DNA from: Balanoglossus misakiensis
Taxonomy: Eukaryota > Animalia > Hemichordata
NCBI GenBank assembly: GCA_040954595.2
Contig: CM082594.2
Coordinates: 11,598,276-11,662,275 of the forward strand
Length of the DNA stretch: 64,000 nt
Direction: 5' to 3'
The notes beneath the pieces are model-generated. The model did not search any database and had not been told where the DNA came from. It saw only the letters and a list, made by a program, of their open reading frames with translations. A program made the translations under genes and the position numbers. The number at the start of each line of letters is the position of its first letter. The first letter of the stretch is position 1. Below, in pieces: positions 1 through 12,794 of this stretch.

Positions 1-20
1 AGAACTTTGTTCACACTTAC

Positions 21-3000
21 CCCAGGATTACAGACACATCCACCACAAAGACAAAATCCCTGTCCTGAACATACCAAGGCGCCAGTTGCGTTAGTCCTGC
101 ATGAAGGAAATACAGGCTCCATGTGAATGAAATTAACTGACTAATTACACCTTTCACATCAATCGATCTATCACTATGGTAGTTCAGAATATTTCTGTAA
201 TCAAATCAAGGATGCACCAAAAGGGAACGACTCGTGCAACGGCTTCACTGTTAACGCACTCACATTTTACATTGTGTCACATCGTCTGGCCCATCATCCA
301 CGCTGCTGCATTCACATTTGTCCCCATATCTATTTGGCATACAGTCGCACGCGCTGCAGACCAAGCTTCCGTTGCCAAGAGAACACTGCTTGGCATTGGG
401 TATCTAGACGGGAACAGAACATTGACCACACAGTCAACAGCTGTTGCAGTTTTGTTTAAATGTTCACTTCTATTGTCATTACTGATTTGTGTCTTAGTAT
501 GAAGATTTGTATGAAGGGGAACATTTTATTTATAATTCGCAGTGCATAAAATAGACTACTTACACGAACAGCTTCACAATCGCAGCTACAGTCCACCTCA
601 ATCTGTACCATCAGCGACTCATCAAATCCAATCGGTTTTATTTCAAAGCTGTGAACCAACAAAATAATTACTTGGAGCCCTTCATATTTTTCTGAAATTC
701 AATTTCATAAACCACCACAGGAAAAGTGTGGGAATGGAGTTATTCGTACCTTTCAAGTGGTCCTGATGGGCATTTGGTTGCGCGTATCCCAATCTGAAAT
801 TGGACTGTATCTCCGACGCTCAATCCAGAACATTCATTAGATCCGTAGTTGGTGAAATTGCCTAAACACATCGAGTTATAAGATATTTCGATCCCATCAG
901 GGGCGTCATCCACCATGGTCACCTTTGATGTGATTTTCTGTCGATCAATCAATCAATCTGGTCAGTCAGCCGCTCAATCAATCAAGCAAGCAACCAATGA
1001 CCACGCTGGACCCTGAATGATTGTGTTTGGTGATTTACTCACCTGATAGTTTTCTTTGACAAGTTCTACAATGTTGGATGAATCCGTGGCTAATACACCG
1101 GCTAAGGATCCCTCGATGTGATTGGTCAATTCCTAGGAATTCAAGCGTAAAATATCGCCATTGATAAATTATACACTGTTCTCAATAATTCAAACACGTC
1201 ATCTCACTCTAAACAGAAGCATACCGTCGTTGGTGTTGGGATATCAAACGGGTAACACCACGATGATGGAAAGTCCCACCAAGAGGTTTATATTGGTGGA
1301 AGTTTTCACAACGTTGCATAAATAAGTTCTAAAGACAGCCCTACCGAGTAGATATCCACTTTATTCTGAGTGACAGCAAAGACTGGAATGATGTTGTGTT
1401 CCTTCATCCTTTTATTGAGTTGACTGATTGATGGGTAGTCCTTCATGGTAATAAACAGAAAGAATAGTGTGTTGGTAATTATTATCTTGGTTCAAAACAG
1501 AATTAACTTCTGTGAAAAACCTCATGACTAAAAGCTCAATTACAAACCGATTATCGTCGTGTTCTATGTTGATCACTTACCAATGAATCGGATTTCATAT
1601 ATTCACCAGTTTCTTCGTCCAAATAACATTCACCGTCGTTAGGTTTCACGATGCCTGCAAGCTATCGAATATGGAAAACAATTTAATCAAATTATAGAGC
1701 TATCTGACCACCTTTACTCGCCTGGGTCAAGGGGGTTCAAATCAATAATATTGTGCAGCAGAAAACGACATAGTTACCTTTCCATCACCGGCGTAGTGAA
1801 AAGAGGCATCGGTCGTGTAAATGATCAAATGTCTGGCTCGTTCTCTCCATCCAATCTGGTCCTATCGACAGGTAGAAAAGTGAAGGTTGTTATAAGAGTG
1901 GATCATTTATGTGAAGAATGCCACCATTGGTCCCTTTACACTCGGTCGGCAAAATAAAAAAAAAGACCAATAATGTAAAATTGTTGAACTTACTCTACAC
2001 ACAGTAGCTTGCATCAAAGCATCCATACCACCTTCAGGATGATCTAAATTTCCGGACGTGTTTTGTTGGTTAATCTTGTCCTGTAAAATGAAACGTTTTA
2101 AACAGAGAGGATTAAAGGTTTACTTTTATTACAAACAAAAGAAAATCATAAACTAAGTTGTCCGGTGGAGAATCAGAAAAAAATTCTTTCGGCTATTTTT
2201 AAAATTGCCTTACACCGTATTAAATCCTTTTGAGCCGCATGAACAAACTTAAGAAATGTGAACTATCCCTTTTGAGATAAAAATGTTCACAGTTGTATCA
2301 AGTGTCCGCGATCGTGAACTATGTATGAGTCATCAAGGTTATTAACAGTAGATGCATATTTTTGAACTTTATTTTTAGATGCTCAGGAATTTGGGGGTAT
2401 TCTAAAAAGAGATGTACAAGCCAAGTGTTTGGATAGCTCGGAACGATATTTGGTGAATTGTTCTCTCGGTGGATATCGATGGAGTACTCACGGTAAATCT
2501 GGAACTGTCGTTGTGAAGCGGCAGAGTATTTCGGAAACCGAACGGAGGAATACAACCATCGCAAGGTTCCAAAAGTCTGGTAACAAATTGAAGTGTTTTA
2601 AAGAAATTATGACCAAAATCTGATTTTTTTTCACCGAGATTACAAGGAATAAATGATTCAACCACCTCAAGGACTGGGATCAGCTAAATAGACAATATTC
2701 ATAATTGAACTGACGAGACTTACTTAGCAGGTACAGTATCTGCATATGGCAAAACGGTTTTGTCGACGAACGCGCCGAACCCAAGTCGGAAATTCTTGGT
2801 GAGCCTATTCATTTCTACAGCTGAAAAAAGGGAAGTTTTGGTTAACGCACATACACAAACAATCACATATGGAGTACTAATTTGAGCTTGAATTGGACAG
2901 TACATTAAAGCAAGAGGGCAGTATGTCAGAGTACTCATATCAAACAGGCGGACACACAGTAATAACACTAACAACCTACCTAGTTCTTCGCCGAGCGTCT

Positions 3001-4649
3001 TGAGACTTTGAAGATCATCATTCATCGACTTAGACAGATCCATGACGTAATACAGATCCACTGGGTAGTCTAAAGCTTGTCGCACGCTCACATAGGTATA
3101 AGCAATTTTACCTAGGGAGGAAATCGACAGATAGAATAGTTGATTAAAATTGTCTGGAGGAAGCTCACCAAAACATCTTTCGGTACAAAATACAGAATGA
3201 CCTCATATAGCAATCAACAAAGCATGGCACTCTTGCTAAACTTAGTCAATCGTCCACACAACTTTACCTTTTCTCAGCCTGACTCTGATCACCTGCGGCC
3301 TTATTTGAACTGTAGTAGCAACGTTTATTGATGACGTAGCATAGCTTAACGCCTCGTCCTGTGAAAGAGACGCAAGTGCAAGACATGAATTAATTTGCCA
3401 AACATAACGGTGGTCTTTACAAATACACAATGTACACATGCAAAGGGAATGCTGATGGCCAATATGGAGAGCAGCTGGTTCTAGGACAGGTACCCCCTGG
3501 AAGTTTACACACCAGCTGACGTCTCCTTCACCACCCAGTGTATGCTCTCTTACCCGGATCAGTGCAACATAACTGCTAGGATCAACTATCTTGTTGTATG
3601 GACAACCATTTTCTCGCAGTGTTAACACGTTGTCGCATTGAGGGAACAGATGAACATTGTGGTAATCCTGACATGGAAATAACAACATCAATATTATAAT
3701 CACATCAATAAATAACCACATTCATTAATAACATGACCACATATAAAACCACATCAAATGTAAATTGGCCACAGAAACTAAAACTTGTCACATCATTGAA
3801 AAGAGCAACCAAATAGAAATAGTCAAAGCAATTAAAATTACGGTCATATCTATTACAAATAAGATCATCGGTTGAAAAATAACTACATCCATTAAAATAA
3901 CTGTACATGCATGTAGAATAACCACATCAATTAAAACGTGGACTGAAAATGGTCATATCACTTTTAATGATTACATGACAATTAGACTGTGCTCATGACC
4001 GGTCTCAATATAACTAAGGAAGTTGCTCAGTTTGTTTGTTCTTGTCAAAGTAAAATATAGATATTATTCATGCGTCCAGAACGTTTGAATATTGTGTTTC
4101 TGTAACATGAGAAGTTCACTGTAACTTCTTTTCCAGACGCCGTGATGTGATCTCAATGAAATCAATCCTTCAGATGCACGGAATATATCGAACACGCAAG
4201 CAATAAGGCACTCCAAAATTAACTTGATACCAGATCTTACCCAGTCATCACACCAGCCACACAGATGGCTTGCAGCTATGCATTCGCCACATGCTTTAGC
4301 TCTCCGACACGAGTTTTCTATAACTGGCAGAAGAAAAAAGTGATGATAATCGTCACAAGATTTCATTTAACACATGGTCGAGTCACATCTTCATATATCA
4401 GACACTCAGCTATGTTTACGATGGTGGACTCTCAAGGATCATCACGTAGATGTCTTTGTAGTCAGTACTTCATCACACTTCTATGGTCGTTGGTCAAATC
4501 ACATCAATATTGCACTTATGCGGAAGAAAATGATCCCAAAAAGTTGTAACGTAGAATATTTTTAAGTATAATTACTTACACTGAGCTGATGATATTATCA
4601 GTGAGGCAGCTATCAACGTTGCAACACAATAATAACCGGTGTGGGACAT
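21..4649 (-). CDS. Integrin beta subunit, 5' portion (signal peptide, PSI, beta-I/vWA, hybrid, start of I-EGF repeats); continues beyond the left edge
   Basis: Spliced minus-strand exons at approx. 4580-4649 (MSHTGYYCVATLIAASLIISSAQ signal peptide), 4242-4324 (PSI: CGECIAASHLCGWC), 3553-3666, 3269-3359, 2980-3111 (YPVDLYYVMDLSKSMNDDL, MIDAS DxSxS), 2724-2821 (FRLGFGAFVDK), 2492-2592, 1992-2081 (SGNLDHPEGGMDA), 1779-1862 (IFTTDASFHYAGDGK), 1581-1663, 1346-1441 (DYPSISQL), 1043-1132, 749-938, 563-648 (CSCDCE), 21-97 (CSGQGFCLCGGCVC). Junctions are GT-AG. Subtype not assignable by eye. Confidence 0.95.
943..997. repeat. (CAAT/CAGT/CAAG)n degenerate tetranucleotide microsatellite, intronic
   Basis: gatcaatcaatcaatctggtcagtcagccgctcaatcaatcaagcaagcaaccaat. 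Confidence 0.7.
3695..3975. repeat. Degenerate AT-rich minisatellite (core ~AACCACATCAATTAAAA) in an integrin intron
   Basis: Recurrent units aatcacatcaataaa, aaccacattcattaa, aaccacatcaaatgtaaa, aactacatccattaaaa, aaccacatcaattaaaa. Confidence 0.55.
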
Positions 4650-5667
4650 TTTGAGTCAACCCTGCGAACATTAAATCACAAAATGACATGATTGATTTAC
4701 TTTTCTGAATTTTTGGTTCTCACTATCAAATGTAGAACTTATTTAAGAAAAAAACATGAGTGGCTTAAAGGGACCTGAGAAAAAGTTAACTTTTTTGCCT
4801 CACAACAAACGAGTACACATATGTTACAACAACTAACACAAATAACCACGACGCGTGCGATTCGTTATTAATGTCGGAGTGGACGCTATCAAATTTGTCG
4901 CGCCCACAAATTTGACACCAAGATATATATAGGTGCTCTTCTCTAATATCGTGCTTCTACTAATAACAGGTCACAGTAAGGTCAAATCAACAGATATGCA
5001 ATATGCCTAAAGATGTCACGGGTGGATTGCCTTACTCTGAATAACAGAAATATTTCTGAAAATTTTAAAATACCTCTATTTCAATACTATTCTTTCACGC
5101 AAAGTTCCTGACCGATGACAAAAGCCCCCCCCCCTCCCCCCTCTCTCAAAAGTCTCCTAGTGAGTCACCCCTGGACACGACGTGTCGTCACGGACAGATC
5201 ACAGCGGTTGTGCATTCAGCCATGATTAAAGAAGTCTATTCAGAGAGTGGGCTTTGAGTGCAAAGCTTCGTAACCTCGGCGACCGCCTGCAAAGTTGTTG
5301 TTCATTTGTATTCATAATTTTCAATGTGCTTACGTGATTATAATATACAATAAGTCTATTTCATCAGTGTGCATCTACCCATGAGCGCTTGTGTGGCGTT
5401 ACAACTAAAAAGCAGTGTAATTTGACTTTGTTATTTAGATTAAACTCAACAATGCGTCTTTTCGAACCTTCGCAGATGAATCAACGAAATGTAATTTGTT
5501 GATAAGCCATTGTAGCTTGGTAACTCAGATTTCACAAGCTATCTGTGTGTTTCATTGTAAACAACTATTCACAAGGGCCCACCGTTCATTGCAACGCTGG
5601 CGGCGATTTCGTCGAGTAAGTGGTCGGGGTTCCCAGAGGCTTACACTTTTAGAATATTAGGTGACTA

Positions 5668-5723
5668 TGCATGCATGCATGCGTGTGTGCACGTGTGTGT
5701 GAGTTTGCATGCGTGTGTGTGTG
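5668..5723. repeat. (TGCA)n/(TG)n microsatellite
   Basis: atgcatgcatgcatgcgtgtgtgcacgtgtgtgt...gcgtgtgtgtgtg. Confidence 0.8.
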
Positions 5724-8700
5724 CTGGTTTCCAACGCCCCCGTGTTATAATTACTGAACGTTCCCTAATTTAATATATCACATTTCAAGTGTCGTACTTT
5801 TACTTCGGATCCATCGCAACACCTCTGGTGCGTAAATCAAAACAAACTGAACATATTCTGACGTTTTCTCACCACACCCAAACCTTTCAAGCACTGTCCC
5901 CAGAAGGAACCAAAATGTAGATAGATTAGAAATATAAAACAACCAAACCAATGTTTTTAATTTTATAAGTGCATGAAACTTTCCCATGATGTCAAGATTT
6001 TCTTATTTGAGATTGGTAAAATTCGCTCTTTTGAAGTGAGAGATAAATACACCTTAATTGTCCACAAGTGGAAGAGGTGTGTATTTATAACACTCGAAAA
6101 AAGAATGATGGATTGCTCACAATAGGCGCATGCGTCGTGTGCGGTCGAACTTTCGACCGGAGCTCTGGCATGGCAAACTGCCGCGGCAACCTATTGTCCA
6201 CTCAGTATAATTGTAATGGGTGAAGCCGTAGCTTACAGCGCCGTGGGCTGCGGTCATCACCCGTATTATATTAAGGGACGCCGGGCCAAGGGAAATTGTT
6301 TTCACTGTGGACAACGAAATATCTACTTGATTAACTGAATCACTCCCATGGCTTAACTAGCATACATTAACTTCTTTCTATTGAGTTCCGTTCTCCTGAT
6401 CAATAGCTAGCTTCCCACTGTTCATTCTTCAGACATTTCCTTTTCATATATTACATGTATAAATAAAAAGGATGGGTGCGGAAGACTTTGGGGGGCATTG
6501 AGATACCCCGATCTCATTGTTTCTCCCAAGCCAGACGGATAGATGGATGAAATACCCCAAACACGACTGGCAGTGAAACTTTTAGAGATTTTTCTGGCGA
6601 TGGCGGTGTCCTCGCTCTTTGAAACCAATGGTTTTGAACTTGGCACATTTCGAACTTGAATTTATTGAATGACCGACACCCGTGACCGCAAAAGTAGAAG
6701 CAATTAACTGGACACGCCATTCAACCACAACACAGCGCAGATATTGTGTGACCTCACAAAATTACAGACCACCCGTCGTCAGATTCAGAAACAAAAATGG
6801 ACCTTTATAGATGATAATGACCCCAGTGGTTGTTAATGGCGTCTCAGTATAAATAGGTTTTATTCTGTGAAGAAGAAAAACACACTTCTTCCCACTAACG
6901 TCTTTTGCAACAAAACTATTCTTTCATTGCCATGACCCTGGTGACATTTCCAGAATTTCCGCATAAAAGAAGTGCATTGCCCTGATAAAAGAGTCTCAGC
7001 TCCAGGTGTTTGAACCAGCCGCATTGACAAAAAACAAGAGCGACGTGTGTTAAGGTCATCTACGCGGACAATGCGACCGTGGAAAGTGACAACGCTGACC
7101 ACGTATACCCGCATGGACTTTCGAAGTTTCCTCTTTTCTATGCGTGTTACGACGCCGGCCAACAAAACTTGCATATGTCTCCGGGCCGGGGACGTTGAGT
7201 TATGTACACGAGAGTATTTTTCAACGAACTCTTTTATATTACTCGACCATTAATCAAATGGCAGACAATAACGTGGGTCTTTTTTCTAAGAGATCAAAGC
7301 TCACATGAGTTGACTGAACATTATCAATCCCCCTCAGCGCAGCACAACATACCAGTCGCACTTCCACGGTCTTATACCCCTTTGATGGTGGACAATCTAG
7401 CGTGTAAATCCTGGACCCAGAATCAATAATTGAAAGTATTTTCGTGCTTTAGACGGATAAGAATGCTCGTAAAATGCCACAGCAGATTGGGAAAAGCAAA
7501 TTTCCCACAATATCCAAAATGTTTTTGCGATGTCGTCGAAAATAAATCTTGCCTTTTCTTTTCTCGGTCACAGATTAAAATGCCTTACAGCGTGCTGAGA
7601 TGGAACTTGTTTTCGACGGTTATTTTGGTAATTTTAAGGCATTATGACTGGTTCTCCATTATTGCTTTCAAGTAAAGGATATTTTCAGAAAGAGACACGT
7701 TTTCATTTTTTTCATTCCGTCTTTACTTTGCGCCATATTGGCAAACTATCACACACAATATACCAGTATGCAAGTACATATTATAACACATACAAGTGTC
7801 ATGTATATACTCTCACTGCGGGAAAGAAAACAATATCCTTTTTGGAAGACGTCTTGAAATAAAAGAAATATCTTAACAAGCCTCACTAACTTACCTCCCA
7901 AGTGGGGGTCCCTGTTTCGTGGTCCAGTCCTCCAGAATTTAACGATGTTTCCTCGAAAACAGTATTCCAAGACTCCGCAAATCGGACAACAGCCGCGATG
8001 GTCGAGACAGAGCGGGGACTGTCAGCGACCTCTTGGCAGCTCATTTACATAACAACAGAAAACGTCACTGTTTCTGAGGCCGCTGCTGTGATCTGACGAG
8101 AAACTCTCACTGTCTACAGTCTCTAATGCGTGTGAAAGCCATACTGCGATCAACTTATTGGAACACCAATTATTTGAACACAGTAGGCCTATGTTTTGAG
8201 GTCGTGAGAATACTAGTAGCTATCACATCGTTCTTAGGATGAGTCCATTTTAACTTGCTTGGGGAGGCAATAACAACTGTATTTTACTTGCATTTTATTG
8301 GAAAGCCAAATTATGAATCCGATGCATTTGACTACCAGGCAGTAAATCGATCTGCCGAAAAACCGACGTGAATACCGAATGCCGTAACACTGATAAAATG
8401 TCAAATGAAAATTCCAGTTATGACAATGAATATTACAATGATTGAATATTGTTGTAAACACTCGAAAAATAATAACTCATTACGTAACAAGAATGTCTGA
8501 CAGGTGCAAAGTGAACGCGCACCTGACCTGTCACTCCATTGAAAAAAGGAAATGCGAAATCTGTAGACGTATTTATGTAGCTGCGCATTTTGTCACGTGT
8601 TTAAGCATTCTCATGTACTTTGTGAACTATTTTCATCGTTTGACTGACGACTCAGCTGTTGTGTACATTCATTGGATAGCTATTTGAAAATATATAGTCT

Positions 8701-9761
8701 GTATTTTTTTCCAAAAAAGAGTCTTGCATAACGCACGAGTCTTGTCAAAAGAAAATTGCGCGACAAATACCAGCATAGAAGTGTGATCGTGTCATGTGTG
8801 AGAATAATTAAACAGATATGCAGGAATTTAATTTGCATATAACTGAAAAGAATCACAGTTAACCAAAGTCATAGTATCACGCATTGCCGGCGGGGTTCAC
8901 TGAACTTTACTGGTATATACCTGGCGCCCTCTACGCCATGATTGCACTGATCCTCCCCTTTCTTTCACATCCCTGTTATCGGTAATGTATTCAGCAACAG
9001 GTAGCGTTTCCGGTAGCGTACCTGTACAAGCCGTCTGGCTATACACAGAGACGCACGTCCACTCGCATCGTGTTCAAATTCGTTGCTCTATTTACAGAGG
9101 TGAGGCAACATAGTTCTCATTTTTCGGTACACAGCGGACGCCAAACGTTATACCTTGTCAAGCAAGTACTTATGAAATGCCGCAGGTTTTTGATAAATAT
9201 AACTTATAACCGGAAGTTAAACTACCATATGGAAACATGTATACATGTATTATACTTAACAAACGTAAGATTGGTTCATAGACCCTTGCTATGGGGGAGT
9301 CCCTGTTTCATATTCTCATCGTACGAATAACAGGGTGACGATTCTCTTGGATGTGAATGTTAAAATTATCTCTCTCATTTTCAGCATAGTTTAATAATAT
9401 ACACCTTCTTAGAAAGTTGGTGGTATACGTGAGAAATGTGACCTTTGATACATATTGAACATATTTGTTTTTGGTAACCTTTGAACTTATTTATGACACT
9501 GACGCGATCAATTTTGTGCAATCGTTTTGAAGTCATAACAGCTTATAATATCAGTTAAATACATAATTGTCAGACTGTTGCTGATTTAATTGAATATTTC
9601 ATTCACCTGAAAATTCCAAGTAAAGTATTGAGTCAGTACTTACGTTTTCTGCTACTTCAAAAACTGGAAGACATAAAAGTAGAAATGTGAACTTGTATGG
9701 TTTCGTTACCAGGTACAAACAAACAAACGGTAAATGCTGCGAAGCATGTAACAAAGCGAAA

Positions 9762-10786
9762 ATGACGCGAAGGAAAAAACGACCAAGAAAGGCGCCGGTT
9801 TTACTTGAAGATATAACCATCTGGGCGGAACAGAAGGCCTTAGACTTCTACAGAAAATACTTCAATTTTACCTACCTATCGTTTGTGGCGCTCGGCATAG
9901 TGGCGCCGTTACTGACCACTGGAATATCGTTATATTCATACCAAAGCTATGACCACACATATGCAAAACAATTGTGCATCTTTTATTCGCCTTCGGTAAG
10001 TACAGCGGAGTGGCATACCACGTGGTATTTACATCTTGTGGTGATGTCAGAAAATTAATACTATGTTGGATAAAATCTCATCCAAAAATATAATAATGGG
10101 TGCCCACAACTAATTGCATAACAGACCAGTAACGATTCGATTATTGACGTCATCCGTTCGATTCTCCTGCAGATTCTCAGCCTGGTCCCACTTTCGTTTT
10201 TACATTACTGGAGTAAACGAACAGAAAACTCGTTTATCCTTGTGCGAGTGCTGAAGAAGATAATATTATTAATAACAAACTTCTGTAGAAAAACTCTTGT
10301 AAGTAACTGTTTTATTTAGATGCAACATCACCAGATTGAGAAAACAATTTTGCGAAATTGTTTATCTGAAGGTCTTAAACATCACCAATTTGTGGTCATA
10401 TGTCTCCAATAGATAGCATGCATCGTGGTGCTGCCGTACTTTCTACTTGCCGTCGTCTTCCTGCAACCAACCGATTGGGAATCTTTCGATACTGATTTCA
10501 CCATGGTTACTGTACTGATGGTCAACGCAATGATATGGTCACTGGCAATCACTCCGTGGCTGGCTCCAGTCTACGTCAGACGCGAGAAGCTGGTCGGTGT
10601 CTTGGTGAGTCGTGATCACGTGACGCTTTCATTGTCTGCAAGCTTTTTTTGCCACACACAAGGAATATGATCTAACCATATAACACACATTAAAACGACT
10701 CTGTATATCATATTTGCATATTTTCAATTTCTTGACAGACCTTCATCCTAGACCCCGAATCAGACACCAAGTCCCGGATAAATTAA
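9762..10786 (+). CDS. Orphan multi-pass membrane protein A (~199 aa, 4 coding exons)
   Basis: Exons 9762-9995, 10173-10298, 10413-10604, 10739-10786 join in frame through phase-0 GT-AG introns. Hydrophobic segments LSFVALGIVAPLLTTGISLY, IACIVVLPYFLLAVVFL, TMVTVLMVNAMIWSLAITPWL. Probable non-coding exon with donor at ~9099 and acceptor at 9712. Confidence 0.7.
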
Positions 10787-11988
10787 TATTGAACAGGAGA
10801 TGATGATGGTCATATTCCCAATCCTTGAAGGGAAATGGGAAAGGCTGGATCAATTCTACTCCGTCGAGCGTACCGCGCACCTGCTATGAACAGTCAGATG
10901 ACAACCACGTGATCTCAATGACTGTGACTGCGGGCAACGTCAAGGATGGCGCTGGTCGACACAGATCCCGATCGTTTATATCGCAGACTTTGTAATTTCA
11001 AGCTACTTAAACCAAAGTCATTATTTTTTTCTGTCCTGAAGTCCATGACATCACCGATGCCTTGATCATTTCACAATGAAGATGTAAACAATCATATTTA
11101 TTTCAAGCATACTTCACTTTCGGATGTCAGAGATTAAGACATTTTGAATAAACGTATTTTAAATAAGCGGACTGAAATTAAATCGAGTTTGGTCGTATAT
11201 AAATTATTTTATTTTCACAATGAAGTGAATACATATGAATAAAGAATAAATGCATTGCAGGAAAGAAAAATCGTACCTCCCTAATGTCCCTCAGTCCCTA
11301 ATCGCTGCTGTTGATTACATAATCCAATGGTGTCCATTATAGATATACCTTTTCGTTGGAAATGTTCCAACATTGTTAATACCAATGACAGATTTTCGTG
11401 CCGTACTGATAAATCTCGCAGCTGTTATCAAAAAACCTTGCACGATGCATTACGTGCATAATTTAACATAAAACATTTCTTTAGTCACGTCACTGGGACG
11501 TTGCATTCTGAACTGATAGTAAACTTCCCTGCCTCTGACAGTTTAATATTTAACTTTTCAGTCTGAAATTAAGTCGAGGTCGATAGCGGAGTCCACCATA
11601 CAATATTGTCAGTATTGACCTGTCACGCATATGCCGAATATTGATCACAATAACGAAGGCGAGGCTCTTCACTGCCGCTGAATTCTGTCGAATAGATAGC
11701 ACGGCATTTTTGGATCCTCTGAGTTTTATTTTTCTGGCATTGCTATGGAGACTTCGCCGTAAAAATACAACCGCTGATAGGGAACCACGAATGCTCAGGT
11801 TCGACGTTTGGACTAAGGGGCAACCGACAGGAGAAAAGGGGGAAGTTAGATACACAGGTATGTGAGGTGTTATAATGAATGTTTTTTTCATATCATACCT
11901 CATAATATACAGTATTTAATCTAAATTAGTAAATGTATTACAGGTACTTGTGGGGATATTCGACCCTCTACAACTAGCGAAGACAGAT

Positions 11989-12794
11989 ATGAGTCAACAG
12001 ACAGGAATGTTTGAACGCGGTCATCAGCATTTGGAGAAGTGGTGTAGCACTCTTCTTCGCTTTGGATTTTTCAAACTGGCCGCATTATGGTTATTTACAA
12101 CTTCTCTGATATTGTCACTGATGGCAAGAGGAGATTCGGACAACGACGCTCTCTATGCTGTTGCATTTGGAAAGCTGTTCATGCTGATGGTAGGTGCATG
12201 GGGGTTTATATCTCGTTTGTGATGTCGGTTCTACCCATTTCTTGAAACTTCCTCAAAAATCTTTGAGATGAAGGAGAACTGTGTTAAGGACAATCTCCAC
12301 TTCCTCGTTTCTTTCAGGCGATACTCAGTATAATATTTTGTCCGTTCATCTTGACGATGACTGTTTTTATTGACTTGTTGCTGAACATCACTGGCGAAAA
12401 CCTCATCCTAGTGATGGCGAGTTTAATCAATTCGGTCACGTGGGCAGTTCTCTTGGTTTATATGAATGTACTTCTGAAAGTCTTGGTAAGTTGGGTTTGC
12501 AAGTCTTCGAATCGTCTAAAGTGCATATGTTTGACTGGCTACTACGAGAAATCATTTCCAAAATGCATTAATTCCTGTTTCTATGCATTCGTCAAGTGCG
12601 AAGGGTATTGTGATAATATTTGCCCTCTTTTTTCCCTGCTACAGTTTCAACTTCTGGCATTATTTATTGAGTGCATACTACGTCCGATGTGCCAAATCAA
12701 GGTGGTCGGTGACGTCATCGAGGGGCTAACGTACTTTCATCGGTGCTTCATGAATATTCGTGGTTCCATGGTAACCAGTGGTAGGTTGTCATAG
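11989..12794 (+). CDS. Orphan multi-pass membrane protein B (~172 aa, 3 coding exons)
   Basis: Exons 11989-12189, 12318-12485, 12645-12794 join in frame via phase-0 GT-AG introns. TM-like segments LAALWLFTTSLILSLM, AILSIIFCPFILTMTVFIDLLL, LILVMASLINSVTWAVLLVYM. 5' UTR intron ~11858-11943. Confidence 0.65.

Noticed and set aside
176-502. 108-aa plus-strand ORF and the many other 60-150 aa ORFs antisense to real exons (e.g. 21444-21848, 32874-33308, 51199-51573)
   Set aside because: Intronic or shadow ORFs with no motifs or splice support; expected by chance.
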